Shown: piece after piece, positions 9,305 to 19,303 of the stretch
How positions within the stretch are numbered: position 1 is the stretch's first letter
Layout of the letters: each line of letters begins with the position of its first letter
Program-made: the position numbers and the translations under genes
The notes under the pieces: generated by a model
The model's database searches: none
Told to the model about the DNA's origin: nothing
The model's input: the letters and a program-made list of their open reading frames with translations, nothing else
Source of the DNA: Actinomycetes bacterium
Lineage (GTDB): Bacteria; Actinomycetota; Acidimicrobiia; Acidimicrobiales; RAAP-2
Length of the DNA: 64,000 nucleotides
Direction: 5' to 3'
NCBI GenBank assembly: GCA_021791895.1
Contig: JAJYVS010000005.1
Coordinates: 16,002 to 80,001 of the forward strand

Positions 9305-9811
9305 GTGCCGGTGGCGCGCTATGCCGATCGTCCGAGCGTCGAGGTGTCGGCCCACGTCGACGCCGGGGCGGACTTCGTGTGGGCGCTCCTGTGCGACGTG
9401 AACCTCCCGGCCCGGTTCTCCACCGAGTTCCTCGGTGCCGAGTGGCTCGACGGCGCCACCGGCCCGGTTGTCGGCGCCCGGTTCAAAGGCAAGAACCGCC
9501 ACGTGGCGGTGGGTGAGTGGGAGACGGTGAGCGTGGTGACGGCGTGCGAGCCCGAACGGGTGCTCGAGTGGAGCGTCGGGGACCCGGGACGTCCCGCGGC
9601 GGTCTGGCGGTTCGAGATCGAGCCCGACGGCGCCGGGGTCGTGCTCCGTCAGCGGGCCACGATGGGCCCGGGCCGTTCCGGCCTCAGCGCGGCGATCGAG
9701 GCCGCCCCCGAGCGCGAGGAACGGATCGTCGGCCGCCGGCTGGAGGAGTACCGCACCAACATGGCGGCCAACCTGGAAGGGATCCAGGACCTGGCCAACG
9801 GCGCCGGCTGA
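9305..9811 (+). CDS. SRPBCC (START/polyketide-cyclase-like) family protein
   Basis: 168 aa with the pattern ...[31 protein letters not shown]...WRFEIEP..., typical of SRPBCC ligand-binding proteins. Confidence 0.7.
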   Translation: MPVARYADRPSVEVSAHVDAGADFVWALLCDVNLPARFSTEFLGAEWLDGATGPVVGARFKGKNRHVAVGEWETVSVVTACEPERVLEWSVGDPGRPAAVWRFEIEPDGAGVVLRQRATMGPGRSGLSAAIEAAPEREERIVGRRLEEYRTNMAANLEGIQDLANGAG

Positions 9812-9834
9812 TCGGCCGGGGCGAGCGGACGGGC

Positions 9835-10875
9835 ATGGCTCTCCGGGTCGGGATCGTGGCCGGCGGCTCCCTTCCCGAGGACGCCGCGTTCGTCGAGGAG
9901 GCCGAGCGCCTCGGGGTCGACTCGGTCTGGGCCCCCGAAGCCTGGGGCTATGACGCCCTCACCCCGTTGGCCTACCTCGCCGCCAGGACCTCGCGGGTCC
10001 GCCTCGGCACGGCCATCGTCCAGCTCGGCGCCCGCACCCCGGCCGCGCTGGCCATGGCGGCCCTGTCGCTCCAGCGCCTCTCGAAGGGACGGTTCGTGCT
10101 CGGGGTGGGCACGAGCGGCCCCCAGGTGATCGAGGGCTGGCACGGCGTGGCGTTCGACCGGCCGATCCGGCGGACCGAGGAGACCATCGAGATCGTCCGC
10201 CTCCTCGTCTCGGGGGAACGCTCGGACTACGAGGGCCGGCACTACCGCCTGCCCCTGCCGGGCGGCCAAGGCCGGGCCATCCGCTCGTCGGCCCCGCCGG
10301 CGAACGTCCCGATCTACGTCGCCTCGCTCGGCCCGGTCAACCTGGCCCTGACCGGCCGGCTCGCCGACGGCTGGATCGGCACCGGCTTCATGCCCGAGAC
10401 CGCCGAGGCGTTCTTCGAGCCGATCCGGCAGGGCGCCGCCTCGGCCGGCCGGAGCCTGGCCGATCTCGACCTGACCGTCTCGGCCAGCATCGAGCTGACG
10501 ACCGACGTCGAGGGGGCGGCCCGCCGGCACGCCCGGGGCTACGCCTTCACGTTCGGCGCCATGGGCAGCGAGACCCACAACTTCTACAACGACGCCTTCG
10601 GCCGCCAGGGCTTCGCCGACGACGTGGCGGCGGTGGCCCGGCTCTGGCGCGCCGGGGCGCGCGAGGCGGCGGCCGACCGGGTGCCGACCGAGATCGGCCT
10701 GCGCACCAACCTCCTCGGCACCCCCGAGATGGTGCGGGACCGGCTCCGCCGCCACCGGGACGCCGGGGTGCAGACGCTGCGGGTCGGGGTGCCCGGGCCG
10801 GACCGGACCGCCCGCCTCGACACCCTGGGGACGCTGCTCGACCTGGTCGCCGAGGTCAACGCCGAGCCGGGCTGA
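9835..10875 (+). CDS. LLM-class (luciferase-like) F420-dependent oxidoreductase
   Basis: Internal ATG at 9835. MALRVGIVAGG...VDSVWAPEAWGYDALTPLAYLAARTSRVRLGTAIVQLGARTPAALAMAALSLQRLSKGRFVLGVGTSGPQVIEGWHG. Confidence 0.85.
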   Translation: MALRVGIVAGGSLPEDAAFVEEAERLGVDSVWAPEAWGYDALTPLAYLAARTSRVRLGTAIVQLGARTPAALAMAALSLQRLSKGRFVLGVGTSGPQVIEGWHGVAFDRPIRRTEETIEIVRLLVSGERSDYEGRHYRLPLPGGQGRAIRSSAPPANVPIYVASLGPVNLALTGRLADGWIGTGFMPETAEAFFEPIRQGAASAGRSLADLDLTVSASIELTTDVEGAARRHARGYAFTFGAMGSETHNFYNDAFGRQGFADDVAAVARLWRAGAREAAADRVPTEIGLRTNLLGTPEMVRDRLRRHRDAGVQTLRVGVPGPDRTARLDTLGTLLDLVAEVNAEPG

Positions 10876-10892
10876 GGCCGGCCCCCGGCCGC

Positions 10893-12854
10893 TCAGGCTG
10901 CGGCGCCCTCGGCGTGGGAGATCCAGGTCTCGTACATCTCGGCGTAGCGGCCGCCCGCCTCGACCAGCTCGTCGTGCGAGCCGACCTCGACGATGCCGCC
11001 CTCGTCGACGACGACGATGCGATCCGCCTTCATGGCGGTGGTGAGCCGGTGGGCGATGAGGATGGCCGTTCGGCCCTCGAGCAGCACGTCGAGAGCCCGC
11101 TCGATCTTGCTCTCCGAGAGCAGGTCGAGGTTGGAGGTGGCCTCGTCGAGCACGAGGACCCGGGGATGGGCGACGAACGCCCTCGCCAGGGCGATGAGCT
11201 GGCGTTCCCCCGACGACAGGGACTGCCCGCGCTCGTACACGAAGGTGTTGATCTCCTCGGGCAGCCGCTCCACCACCTCCATGAGCCCGACGGTGCGGAT
11301 GGCCTCGCGGACCTCGTCGTCGCTCACCTTGTCGCGGGCGAAGGCGATGTTGTCGCGCACCGTGCCGGCGAAGAGGAACGGCTCCTGGGGCACCACGCCC
11401 AGCTGCCGTCGCAGCGACTGCACCGAGTAGTTCCGGATGTCGTGGCCGTCGATGAGCACCCGGCCCGCCGTCGGGTCGTAGAACCGGGTAACCAGCTTGG
11501 CCATCGTCGACTTCCCCGCCCCCGTCGGCCCGACGAAGGCGACGGTCTCCCCGGAACGGATGGTCAAGTTGATGTCGCGTAGGACCGGGGTGCCCGGGTC
11601 ATAGCCGAAGGTGACGTCCTCGAAGACGATGTTGCCCTCGATCGGGGGCAGAGCGGGCGCCCCGTTGTTCTCCGGGACGCTCGGGGGCTGGAGCAACAGG
11701 GTGTTGAGCTTGATGAACGATGACTGGCCCTGCTGGTACGTGTTGTACTGCTGGACCAAGAGCGTGATCGGCTGGAGGAACCGGTTCAGGTACAAGATGA
11801 AGGCCGCCAGCGCCCCCAGGGACAGCTCGTGGTGCAGTGCCATCGTGCCGCCCACGCCGAGCAGAACCACCTGGCCGAGGAACGAGAGCATCTGGGTGCC
11901 GGGGCCGTAGATCGCGTTGATCTGCGCCGTATAGATGTTGGCGTCCCGGTACTGGCCGACCACGTTGCGGTGGTGTACGACGTTGTGGTTCCGGCGGTTG
12001 TGGGCGGTCACCACCCGGATCCCGTGGAGGTTCTCCGACAGGTCGGCGAGCACGTTCGCGATCCCGTCACGCACTCGCTGGTATCCCTTCTCCGAGGCGG
12101 TGCGAAACCAGAGTGAAAGTCCTGCCAGCACCGGGATCACCACCAGCACGGTGACCAAGGCCAGCTTCATGTTCAGGGCGAATAGGATGACGGTGATCAC
12201 GATCATCGTGAGCCCCTGGACGGCGAAGCTGGCCAGCCCGTCCTGCAGCAACATCTGGAGGTTCTGGATGTCGCTCGTCATGCGGGTCATGATCACGCCC
12301 GCCTTCTCGTCGGTGTAGAAGTCGAGCGACATCCGCTGGAGATGAGTGAAGACCTTGACCCGTAGGTCGTTCAGCGCTCTTGCGGCCAGCCGGCCGGTCG
12401 CGCGCACGTAGCCACTCTGGGACCCGGCACTGACACCCGTGGCAATCAAGAAGATGATCCCGTAGAGGATGACCTTGCCGAAGGCTCCCGAGCGCTGGTG
12501 TGTGGCGAGAACCGCGGTGACGACGTTGACGCCTTTGTCGACGAGCAAGGGGCCGGCCTGGTTCGTCAGGCTGACGAGGACGATGAATCCGAACGCCAGA
12601 CCGGCGAGTTTCCAGTGTTGGGAGAGCAGGCTCCGTAGGGTCAATGGCCGGCGGTCGGCCTCGGACATCTGATAACTGAATTGGGCCGTGGGCTCGGGGT
12701 GCTCCGGCTCCTTCTCGAGCAGGAGGTTGACCCCGCCCTGGAGCTCCGGCGGGATCCCGGCGAAGGGGAGACCGTTGCCGGGGTTGCCCGGTGAGCCGCC
12801 GCCCGGGTGGCCGCCCATGCCACCGCCACCCCACATGCCGCCGCCCCAGGCCAT
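10893..12854 (-). CDS. ABC exporter, fused permease/ATPase half-transporter
   Basis: Walker A GPTGAGKST, signature LSSGERQ, Walker B VLVLDEATS. Six-TM N-terminal domain. Gly/Trp/Met-rich N-terminus (MAWGGGMWGGGGMGG...). The ATG at 12854 overlaps the upstream stop by 1 nt (TGATG). Confidence 0.9.
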   Translation of the reverse strand: MAWGGGMWGGGGMGGHPGGGSPGNPGNGLPFAGIPPELQGGVNLLLEKEPEHPEPTAQFSYQMSEADRRPLTLRSLLSQHWKLAGLAFGFIVLVSLTNQAGPLLVDKGVNVVTAVLATHQRSGAFGKVILYGIIFLIATGVSAGSQSGYVRATGRLAARALNDLRVKVFTHLQRMSLDFYTDEKAGVIMTRMTSDIQNLQMLLQDGLASFAVQGLTMIVITVILFALNMKLALVTVLVVIPVLAGLSLWFRTASEKGYQRVRDGIANVLADLSENLHGIRVVTAHNRRNHNVVHHRNVVGQYRDANIYTAQINAIYGPGTQMLSFLGQVVLLGVGGTMALHHELSLGALAAFILYLNRFLQPITLLVQQYNTYQQGQSSFIKLNTLLLQPPSVPENNGAPALPPIEGNIVFEDVTFGYDPGTPVLRDINLTIRSGETVAFVGPTGAGKSTMAKLVTRFYDPTAGRVLIDGHDIRNYSVQSLRRQLGVVPQEPFLFAGTVRDNIAFARDKVSDDEVREAIRTVGLMEVVERLPEEINTFVYERGQSLSSGERQLIALARAFVAHPRVLVLDEATSNLDLLSESKIERALDVLLEGRTAILIAHRLTTAMKADRIVVVDEGGIVEVGSHDELVEAGGRYAEMYETWISHAEGAAA

Positions 12855-14821
12855 CAGTGACCCCCTCCGCTCCACATCGGGCCGTTCGGTTCGCTATCCA
12901 GCCCGAACCCAGCTTCCCGGGCGACCGTTGAGTTCCCGTCGACCCTGTCGGCACTTAGTCGGGCCGCATCGTCTCGTTCGCCCTGCGCTAGGACCTCGGC
13001 GTACAGCGGGACCGTGGCCATGAGCTCGGCGTGGGTGCCGTCGGCCACGATGCGGCCCTGGTCCATCAACAAGACCCGGTCCGCCAGGCTGATCGTCGAC
13101 AGCCGGTGGGCGATGATCAAGGTCGTCCGACCCTTCATCAGCTCGCGCAGCGCGCCGTGGATGGTCAGCTCCACCTGGACGTCGATGGCGCTGGTAGCGT
13201 CGTCGAGCACCAATACCGGCGGGTTTACGAGCAGGGTTCGAGCGATAGCGATCCGCTGGCGTTGCCCGCCCGAGAGCGTGTAGCCGCGTTCACCCACGAC
13301 GGTGTCGTAGCCCTCAGGGAGCTCCTTGATGAACTCGTCGGCACCGGCAGCCTTCGCCGCGGCCACGATGTCGTCGATGTCGGCGTTGGGGGCCCCATAG
13401 GCGATGTTGTCCCGGATCGAGACCGAGAAGAGGAAGGGCTCGTCGAGCACGATGCCGACGTTGCCCCGGACGCTCGCCAAGGTGAGGTCCCGCACGTCCC
13501 TGTCGTCGATGAGTACCCGGCCCTCGTTCACGTCGTAGAAGCGGGCCAAGAGTCGAGCCACGGTCGACTTGCCAGACCCGGTTCGCCCGACCATGGCGAC
13601 CGTCTCACCGGAGGCCAGGTGCAGATCGAAGTTGTCGAGGACGTAGGGGTTGTCGTCGAGGTACTTGAACTTGACGCGGTCGAACTGGACGTCTCCACGA
13701 CAGTCGACCAGGTCCACCGCACCGGGGCGGTCGACGACCGTCGGCTGCTCGTCGAGGATCTCGTAGATCCGCTGGGCCGAGGCGGCGGCGCGCTGGCTCA
13801 TCATGATGATCTGGCCGAGCATCTGGAACGGAGCCTGGAGCATGACGATATACAGGCTGAACGAGATGATGGCGGCGACCGGTAAGTGCCCGCCCAGGGC
13901 GAGCCAGCCCCCGAACATCAAGATGAGCGCGAGGCCGATCTGGGGGAGGTTTTGGACGGTGGGGGTGAAGGTCGCTCGGATATCTGCGTCCTTCACGTAG
14001 GACCACTCCAGCCGGTTTGTCGACTTGGCCAGGGTCGTGAGCTCCCGCTGCTCGGCGGCGAAGGATTTGACCACCCGGACCCCGTTGGTGTTCTCGTCGA
14101 CGATCGTCGCCACGTCAGCCAGGCGGGCCTGGATCAGCCAGGACACCGGGAAGATCCGCTTCCGCATCTCGACCCCGAGGAAGTACACGAGGGGCATCGG
14201 GATCATGGCCACCAGCGCTAGGAGCACGTTGATCGACAGCATGTAGCCAAAAGCCACCAGGGCCACGCTGCACTGCACGAGGATCGAGGGAGCGAACGTG
14301 AGGTACATCTGGACCGACCGGATGTCGGAGTTCGCCCTTGAGATCAGCTGCCCCGACTGGACCCGGTCGTAAAAGGGGAACGACATCTTCGAGAGATGCA
14401 TGTACATGATGTTGCGGAGGTCGAACTCAATCTCGTAGGCCGTGCGCATGAGGTAGTAACGCGAGATATAGCCGGCGATACCCGCGGCGACCGCCAGGAC
14501 CAGCATGACCGTGATGTAGCCACTCAATCCGGCGCGGCGGAAGACGACTGCGTTCTGGATCGCGTCCTGGAGGATCTTGGGGATCTGGACCTGGATCACG
14601 AGACCGACAAAGGAGAGCACGAGCGAGGTGATGAACATGCGCTTGTGCGAGAGCACCACCGGCATTGCCCGGCGAAGCCAAGTCTTCTCTCGATCGGGAT
14701 CGATACCCGCCTTCGGGGGTCGGTAGCGTGGTGTGGTGGAGACCGGCTCGAATGTCGACGACTGGACAAGATCGCCGTCGATCTTCGTCTCACCGGTCGG
14801 GCGGCGGGAGAGGATCGTCAC
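12854..14821 (-). CDS. ABC exporter, fused permease/ATPase half-transporter (heterodimer partner)
   Basis: GRTGSGKST, LSGGQRQRIAIAR, VLVLDDATSAID. The GTG start overlaps the marR stop by 1 nt (TAGTG). Confidence 0.9.
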   Translation of the reverse strand: MTILSRRPTGETKIDGDLVQSSTFEPVSTTPRYRPPKAGIDPDREKTWLRRAMPVVLSHKRMFITSLVLSFVGLVIQVQIPKILQDAIQNAVVFRRAGLSGYITVMLVLAVAAGIAGYISRYYLMRTAYEIEFDLRNIMYMHLSKMSFPFYDRVQSGQLISRANSDIRSVQMYLTFAPSILVQCSVALVAFGYMLSINVLLALVAMIPMPLVYFLGVEMRKRIFPVSWLIQARLADVATIVDENTNGVRVVKSFAAEQRELTTLAKSTNRLEWSYVKDADIRATFTPTVQNLPQIGLALILMFGGWLALGGHLPVAAIISFSLYIVMLQAPFQMLGQIIMMSQRAAASAQRIYEILDEQPTVVDRPGAVDLVDCRGDVQFDRVKFKYLDDNPYVLDNFDLHLASGETVAMVGRTGSGKSTVARLLARFYDVNEGRVLIDDRDVRDLTLASVRGNVGIVLDEPFLFSVSIRDNIAYGAPNADIDDIVAAAKAAGADEFIKELPEGYDTVVGERGYTLSGGQRQRIAIARTLLVNPPVLVLDDATSAIDVQVELTIHGALRELMKGRTTLIIAHRLSTISLADRVLLMDQGRIVADGTHAELMATVPLYAEVLAQGERDDAARLSADRVDGNSTVAREAGFGLDSEPNGPMWSGGGH

Positions 14822-15273
14822 TACTTGGCCCTCGCAGCGCGGTAGAGCACCATGGCTTCGTGCCAGCGGGACAGGCAGGAGAGCGCCCGGGCCGAGCCCT
14901 TTGCACCCAGGCTCGAGGAGATCTGTTCTAACCGGCCGTTGACCGCATCGTCGGCCGACGCCAGCACCCTCAGGCCCTCGGTGGTCAGCTCGAGCGAGAC
15001 TCGTCGGCGGTCGTCCTCCCGATGGGTCCGTTCGACCAGCCCCCTCGTCACCAGCCCGTCGATCACCGCGGTCACGCTCGGGGGCCGCACCGCGAGGCGT
15101 TCGGCCAACGCCGAGGACTGCGCCGAACCCTCAGCCAGAATGCTCAGGATCCGGTACTGGGAGATCGACAGGTCCACCGTGGCCAGTCCCAGCTCGACCT
15201 GCTTGGCGAGCCAGGCCGCGGTCCGTCCGGGGTTGTAGGTCCTCGCCGTGGGCCCCAGCTGTTCGACACTCAC
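14821..15273 (-). CDS. MarR-family transcriptional regulator
   Basis: GTG at 15273. ...LSISQYRILSILAEGSAQSSALAERLAVRPPSVTAVIDGLVTRGLVERTHREDDRRRVSLELT is a winged HTH of MarR type. Confidence 0.85.
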   Translation of the reverse strand: MSVEQLGPTARTYNPGRTAAWLAKQVELGLATVDLSISQYRILSILAEGSAQSSALAERLAVRPPSVTAVIDGLVTRGLVERTHREDDRRRVSLELTTEGLRVLASADDAVNGRLEQISSSLGAKGSARALSCLSRWHEAMVLYRAARAK

Positions 15274-15277
15274 ATTA

Positions 15278-15290
15278 TTAGAGTATCTAA
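15278..15290. promoter_or_regulatory. inverted repeat TTAGA-N3-TCTAA, candidate MarR operator in an AT-rich patch next to the marR start
   Basis: ttagagtatctaa has perfect 5-bp arms. On the marR strand it overlaps a TACTCT -10-like hexamer that sits 6 nt before the GTG, an arrangement that fits a leaderless transcript. Confidence 0.3.
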
Positions 15291-15408
15291 CAGGCCCGGT
15301 CTGGGGCAAGCACGGCCGGCGGCGAAGACCAGCCCGGGCCGGGCGGTGTTGTCCCCGGCCCGCTGCACGGCGATACTTGGCCCGAGCTGGAACACAACGG
15401 GAGGGCCG

Positions 15409-16566
15409 ATGAGAACTCGGGCGGCGATTTGCCATGAAGAGGGGACTCCGTGGGTCACCGAGGAGATCGAGATCGACGAACCCCACGCCCATGAGGTGCA
15501 GGTACAGGTGGCCTACGCTGGCCTCTGCCACTCCGACGAGCATCTCCGGCTCGGTGCCATGACCGCCCCACCCGAAGTGCTCGCCATGCTTGGGCTGACC
15601 TCGATGTTCCCGGCGATCGGCGGCCACGAGGGTTCCGGGGTGGTCACTGCCGTCGGACCCGAGGTGGCCGGCGTGGCGGTCGGGGATCGGGTCGCGGTGG
15701 CCTTCATCCCGTCCTGCGGGACCTGCTACTGGTGCGCCTCAGGACGCCAGCACCTCTGCGACCTCGGCATGTACACCCTGGCCGGGCCCATGATCTCCGA
15801 CGGCACCTGGCGCCACCACCTGGGCGACGTCAACCTGGGCCGGATGACCCAGCTCGGCACGTTCTCCGAGTCGATGGTGGTGAACGAGGCGTCGTTGGTG
15901 AAGCTGGCCCCGGACGCTTCGCTCAAGGCGGCCGCCCTGATCAGCTGCGGGATCTCGACCGGGTTCGGCTCCGTAGTCGACCGGGCCAAGGCCCGTCCGG
16001 GCGAGGTGGTCGTGGTCGTCGGGTGCGGCGGCGTGGGGTCGGGCGCCCTCCAGGGGGCCCGCCTGGCCGGTGCCCGGGCGATCGTGGCCGTCGACACCGT
16101 CCCCTTCAAGGTCGACCAGGCCAAGCGGATCGGCGCGACCCACGGTGCCGCGTCCATGGAAGAGGCCCTGCCGCTCGTGGCCGAGATCACCCAGGGTCGG
16201 ATGGCCGACGTCGTGGTGCTCACCCCGGGCACCCTGACCGGCGATCTCATCGCTCCGGCGTTGTCGCTCGGGTCCAAGGACTCGAGGGTCGTGTGCACGG
16301 CCGTCGCCCCCATCACCCAGCAGGAGGTGCAGCTGAACCTGTTCGAGCTGGCGATGTACAACAAGTCCCTTCTCGGGACGGTCTTCGGTTCGGCCAGTCC
16401 GCGGGCCCAGGTCCCGAGGCTGCTCGCCCTCTACCAGAGCGGCCAGCTCGAGATCGACGAGCTCATCACGAAGGAGTACACCCTCGACCAGGTCCAGCAG
16501 GGCTACGACGACATGCATGCCGGCCGCAACGTCCGGGGGGTCGTGAAGCTGGCCGGGGAAGCCTGA
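15409..16566 (+). CDS. zinc-type alcohol dehydrogenase, NDMA-dependent / mycofactocin-associated type
   Basis: Internal ATG at 15409 after GGGAGGG. MRTRAAICHEEGTPWVTEEIEIDEPHAHEVQVQVAYAGLCHSDEH...GGHEGSGVV...GCGGVGSGA. Confidence 0.85.
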   Translation: MRTRAAICHEEGTPWVTEEIEIDEPHAHEVQVQVAYAGLCHSDEHLRLGAMTAPPEVLAMLGLTSMFPAIGGHEGSGVVTAVGPEVAGVAVGDRVAVAFIPSCGTCYWCASGRQHLCDLGMYTLAGPMISDGTWRHHLGDVNLGRMTQLGTFSESMVVNEASLVKLAPDASLKAAALISCGISTGFGSVVDRAKARPGEVVVVVGCGGVGSGALQGARLAGARAIVAVDTVPFKVDQAKRIGATHGAASMEEALPLVAEITQGRMADVVVLTPGTLTGDLIAPALSLGSKDSRVVCTAVAPITQQEVQLNLFELAMYNKSLLGTVFGSASPRAQVPRLLALYQSGQLEIDELITKEYTLDQVQQGYDDMHAGRNVRGVVKLAGEA

Positions 16567-16628
16567 TCGGGGCCGCCGCCCCGGTCGCCGGCGCAGCCGA
16601 CCCCGAGTCGGGTCGCTAGGGGCGCACG

Positions 16629-17819
16629 ATGGCCGGGTCGTGGTTCGAGACGGTGGCCGAGGCGGAGCGGCGCGCCCGGCGGCGACTGCCGCGCTCGGTG
16701 TATGGCGCGCTGGTGGCGGGGTCCGAGAAGGGCCTCACGATGGCGGACAACCTCGTCGCCTTCGGCGAGCTGGGTCTCGCCCCCCACGTGGCCGGACAGG
16801 CCGAGAAGCGGGACCAGGCCACCACGGTGATGGGCCAACCGGTCTCGCTGCCGGTCCTGCTCTCGCCGACCGGCGTCCAAGCCGTCCATCCGGAGGCGGA
16901 GGTGGCCGTGGCCCGGGCGGCGGCGGCCCGGGGCACGGCCGTCGGCCTCAGCTCGTTCGCCTCGAAGCCCATCGAGGAGGTGGTGGCGGCCAATCCCAAG
17001 ACCTTCTTCCAGGTCTACTGGAGCGGGACTCGTGAGCGGATCGCCGCCCGGCTCGAGCGGGCCCGCAGGGCGGGCGCCGTCGGGCTCATCGCCACGCTCG
17101 ACTGGTCGTTCTCCAACGGGCGGGACTGGGGCAGCCCCCGGATCCCCGAACGCCTGGACCTGAGAACCATGCTCCGGTTCGCCCCCGAGGTGGCGCGTCG
17201 GCCACGCTGGCTCGCCGCCTACCTCCGGACGAGGAGCCTGCCCACGCTCACCGTGCCCAACATGGCCGCGCCGGGCGAGCCGGCGCCGACCTTTTTTGGC
17301 GCCTACGGAGAGTGGATGCAGACGCCCCCGCCGAGCTGGGACGACGTCGCCTGGCTGGCCGAGCAGTGGGGCGGTCCGTTCATGGTGAAGGGGGTGATGC
17401 GCCTCGACGACGCCCGTCGGGCGGCCGACGCCGGGGCCAGCGCCATCTCGGTCTCCAACCACGGGGGGAACAACCTCGACGGCACGCCGGCGACCATCCG
17501 CGCCCTGCCGGCCGTCGCCGAGGCGGTCGGCGACCGCGTGGAGGTCCTCCTCGACGGCGGTGTGCGCCGGGGGAGCGACGTCGTGAAGGCATTGGCCCTC
17601 GGGGCCAAGGCGGTCATGATCGGCCGGGCCTACCTGTGGGGGCTGGCGGCCAACGGGCAGGCCGGGGTGGAGAACGTGCTCGACCTCTTGCGGGGCGGGA
17701 TCGACTCGGCCCTCCTCGGTCTCGGTCGCGCCTCGGTCAACGAACTGACGAGCGGCGACGTGGTGGTGTCCGAGGGCTTCGGGCGGGTGCTCGGCCGCCC
17801 GGGTGAGCCGGCGCCCTAG
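16629..17819 (+). CDS. mftD: pre-mycofactocin synthase MftD (FMN-dependent alpha-hydroxy-acid oxidase family)
   Basis: 396 aa. ...FMVKGVMRLDDARRAADAGASAISVSNHGGNNLDGTPATIRALP...LLDGGVRRGSDVVKALALGA. Lies next to the other mft genes. Confidence 0.85.
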   Translation: MAGSWFETVAEAERRARRRLPRSVYGALVAGSEKGLTMADNLVAFGELGLAPHVAGQAEKRDQATTVMGQPVSLPVLLSPTGVQAVHPEAEVAVARAAAARGTAVGLSSFASKPIEEVVAANPKTFFQVYWSGTRERIAARLERARRAGAVGLIATLDWSFSNGRDWGSPRIPERLDLRTMLRFAPEVARRPRWLAAYLRTRSLPTLTVPNMAAPGEPAPTFFGAYGEWMQTPPPSWDDVAWLAEQWGGPFMVKGVMRLDDARRAADAGASAISVSNHGGNNLDGTPATIRALPAVAEAVGDRVEVLLDGGVRRGSDVVKALALGAKAVMIGRAYLWGLAANGQAGVENVLDLLRGGIDSALLGLGRASVNELTSGDVVVSEGFGRVLGRPGEPAP

Positions 17820-19303
17820 TCCGTCCCGGCCCGCCTTGAGGGGGGCGGTGTCGTCCGACGACCGACCACCGCCGGGACCAGCGGCCGGAGGGTCCGCGCC
17901 CGCCAGCACCCCCACCACACGCCGGCGCCGTAGGCGAGATCGTCAGTGGCCCGGGTGGCCACGTAGCGCAGCGGGTCGAGGGTGTGGGGGCGCGACCGCC
18001 AGTCGCGGGTCGCGCTCAAGCCCAGCGCGCCCAGCGCCACCAGCCGGAACCGGCCCAGCCGGCGCGAGAGGAGCGACACCACCAGAAGCGGCCCCCAGAC
18101 CCTGGTCACGCCGGCCACCGCCGGGACCGCGCTGCGGGCCAGCCCGACCGCGCTCAGTCGGGCGGCCACCTCGAAGGACCGGTCGACCACCCCCCGGAGC
18201 CGACCGCCGAGCAGCAGGCCGGAGGCGCCCACCACCCCCAGGGCTGCGAGCGGCCGCCTCCCGGCGGCCAGGCCCCAGGCCGCCGCCGCCACCGGGGACA
18301 GCCGCACCGGCGCGACCGCGTCGCCGTGGCGCCGGGCGAGGGGCCCGGCGGACGAGCCGTAGGCGGCCCGACGCGCCGCCCACGGCACCGGCCGGAGTTC
18401 GGGGTGGTGCTCCACCTCGACGGAGGGCTCGTAGCGGACCTCCCAGCCGGCCGAGACCAGGCGCCAGACCAGGTCGACGTCTTCGCCGACCGTCATGCGC
18501 TGGTCGAAGCACGGCGCGGGTGCGGCCGCCCGCCGCAGCACGATCGCCGCCGAGGGGACGTAGGCGACCCGCCGGCCCGGGCCGACCGAGCCTTCGCGTC
18601 CCCCGAGATCGAGCGGCGAGCGCACCGCCTCGTAGCGGGCGAGCCACGACGGGCCGCTCCGGGTCACCACCCGGGGGGCGACCAGCGCCACCGCCGGATC
18701 GACGAAGTGCCCGACCAGACCCTCGAGCCAGTCGGGTGGGACCGTGCAGTCCGAATCCACGAAGGCCACCAGCGGTGATCGCACTGTCGCGAGTCCGGCG
18801 TTGCGGGCCGCCGCCGGTCCCCCCCGGGCGTCGAGCCGCACGTACCCGGCACCGGCCTCCCGCGCCACCTTCTCCACCTCGCCCCGGCGGACCGAGGCGT
18901 CGTCCACGACCACGCAGGGGGTGGGGCCGAGGGAGCGGAGCAGGCCTTCGAGGAGCTCGGGGCGGTCACGGACCGGGACCACCACCGTGACCAGGACGCC
19001 GGGGTGGACCGGCTCGGGGCGCGGGTGCAGCATCCCTGCCCGGAGCAGTCTGCGGGCCACCGACCGCTCGGTCCGGTCTGGCCCGACCGGCTTTCCCTCG
19101 AGCCAGCCCCGAACCATCGCGGCCGCCCGGGGGCGGAGCCGGACGAGCCGCGTCGGGCTCCCGCCCAACAGGACCCGCCCTTCGGAGAGGACCCAAAGAT
19201 CGGTGTCGGCGCCCAGGCGGATCCCGGCGGGCACCGGGACCGTCCCGGTCGGTGCCCGCCGCAGGGGGCGGGGTGTCGACGCCGATCGGCCGTTGGTCGC
19301 CAT
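17816..19303 (-). CDS. mftF: mycofactocin glycosyltransferase MftF (GT2 family)
   Basis: I chose the internal ATG at 19303 (MATNGRSAS...GIRLGADTDLWVLSEGRVLLGGSPTRLVRL...). GT2 core VTVVVPVRDRPELLEGLL...VVVDDAS...FVDSDC. C-terminal TM segments. Confidence 0.8.
   Translation of the reverse strand: MATNGRSASTPRPLRRAPTGTVPVPAGIRLGADTDLWVLSEGRVLLGGSPTRLVRLRPRAAAMVRGWLEGKPVGPDRTERSVARRLLRAGMLHPRPEPVHPGVLVTVVVPVRDRPELLEGLLRSLGPTPCVVVDDASVRRGEVEKVAREAGAGYVRLDARGGPAAARNAGLATVRSPLVAFVDSDCTVPPDWLEGLVGHFVDPAVALVAPRVVTRSGPSWLARYEAVRSPLDLGGREGSVGPGRRVAYVPSAAIVLRRAAAPAPCFDQRMTVGEDVDLVWRLVSAGWEVRYEPSVEVEHHPELRPVPWAARRAAYGSSAGPLARRHGDAVAPVRLSPVAAAAWGLAAGRRPLAALGVVGASGLLLGGRLRGVVDRSFEVAARLSAVGLARSAVPAVAGVTRVWGPLLVVSLLSRRLGRFRLVALGALGLSATRDWRSRPHTLDPLRYVATRATDDLAYGAGVWWGCWRARTLRPLVPAVVGRRTTPPPSRRAGTD

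Noticed and set aside
12770-12854. Gly/Trp/Met-rich N-terminus of the second ABC transporter (MAWGGGMWGGGGMGGHPGGG...) as a separate peptide gene
   Set aside because: It is continuous in frame with the transmembrane domain with no intervening stop or second start context. It is most simply a low-complexity N-terminal extension.
17803-18990. 395-aa Pro/Arg-rich plus-strand ORF and similar ORFs (17943..18647, 18664..19311) over the mftF region
   Set aside because: They are low-complexity shadow frames of the GT2 gene. The frame with GT2 motifs (VVVPVRDRP, DDAS, DSDC) is the only one with protein-like composition.
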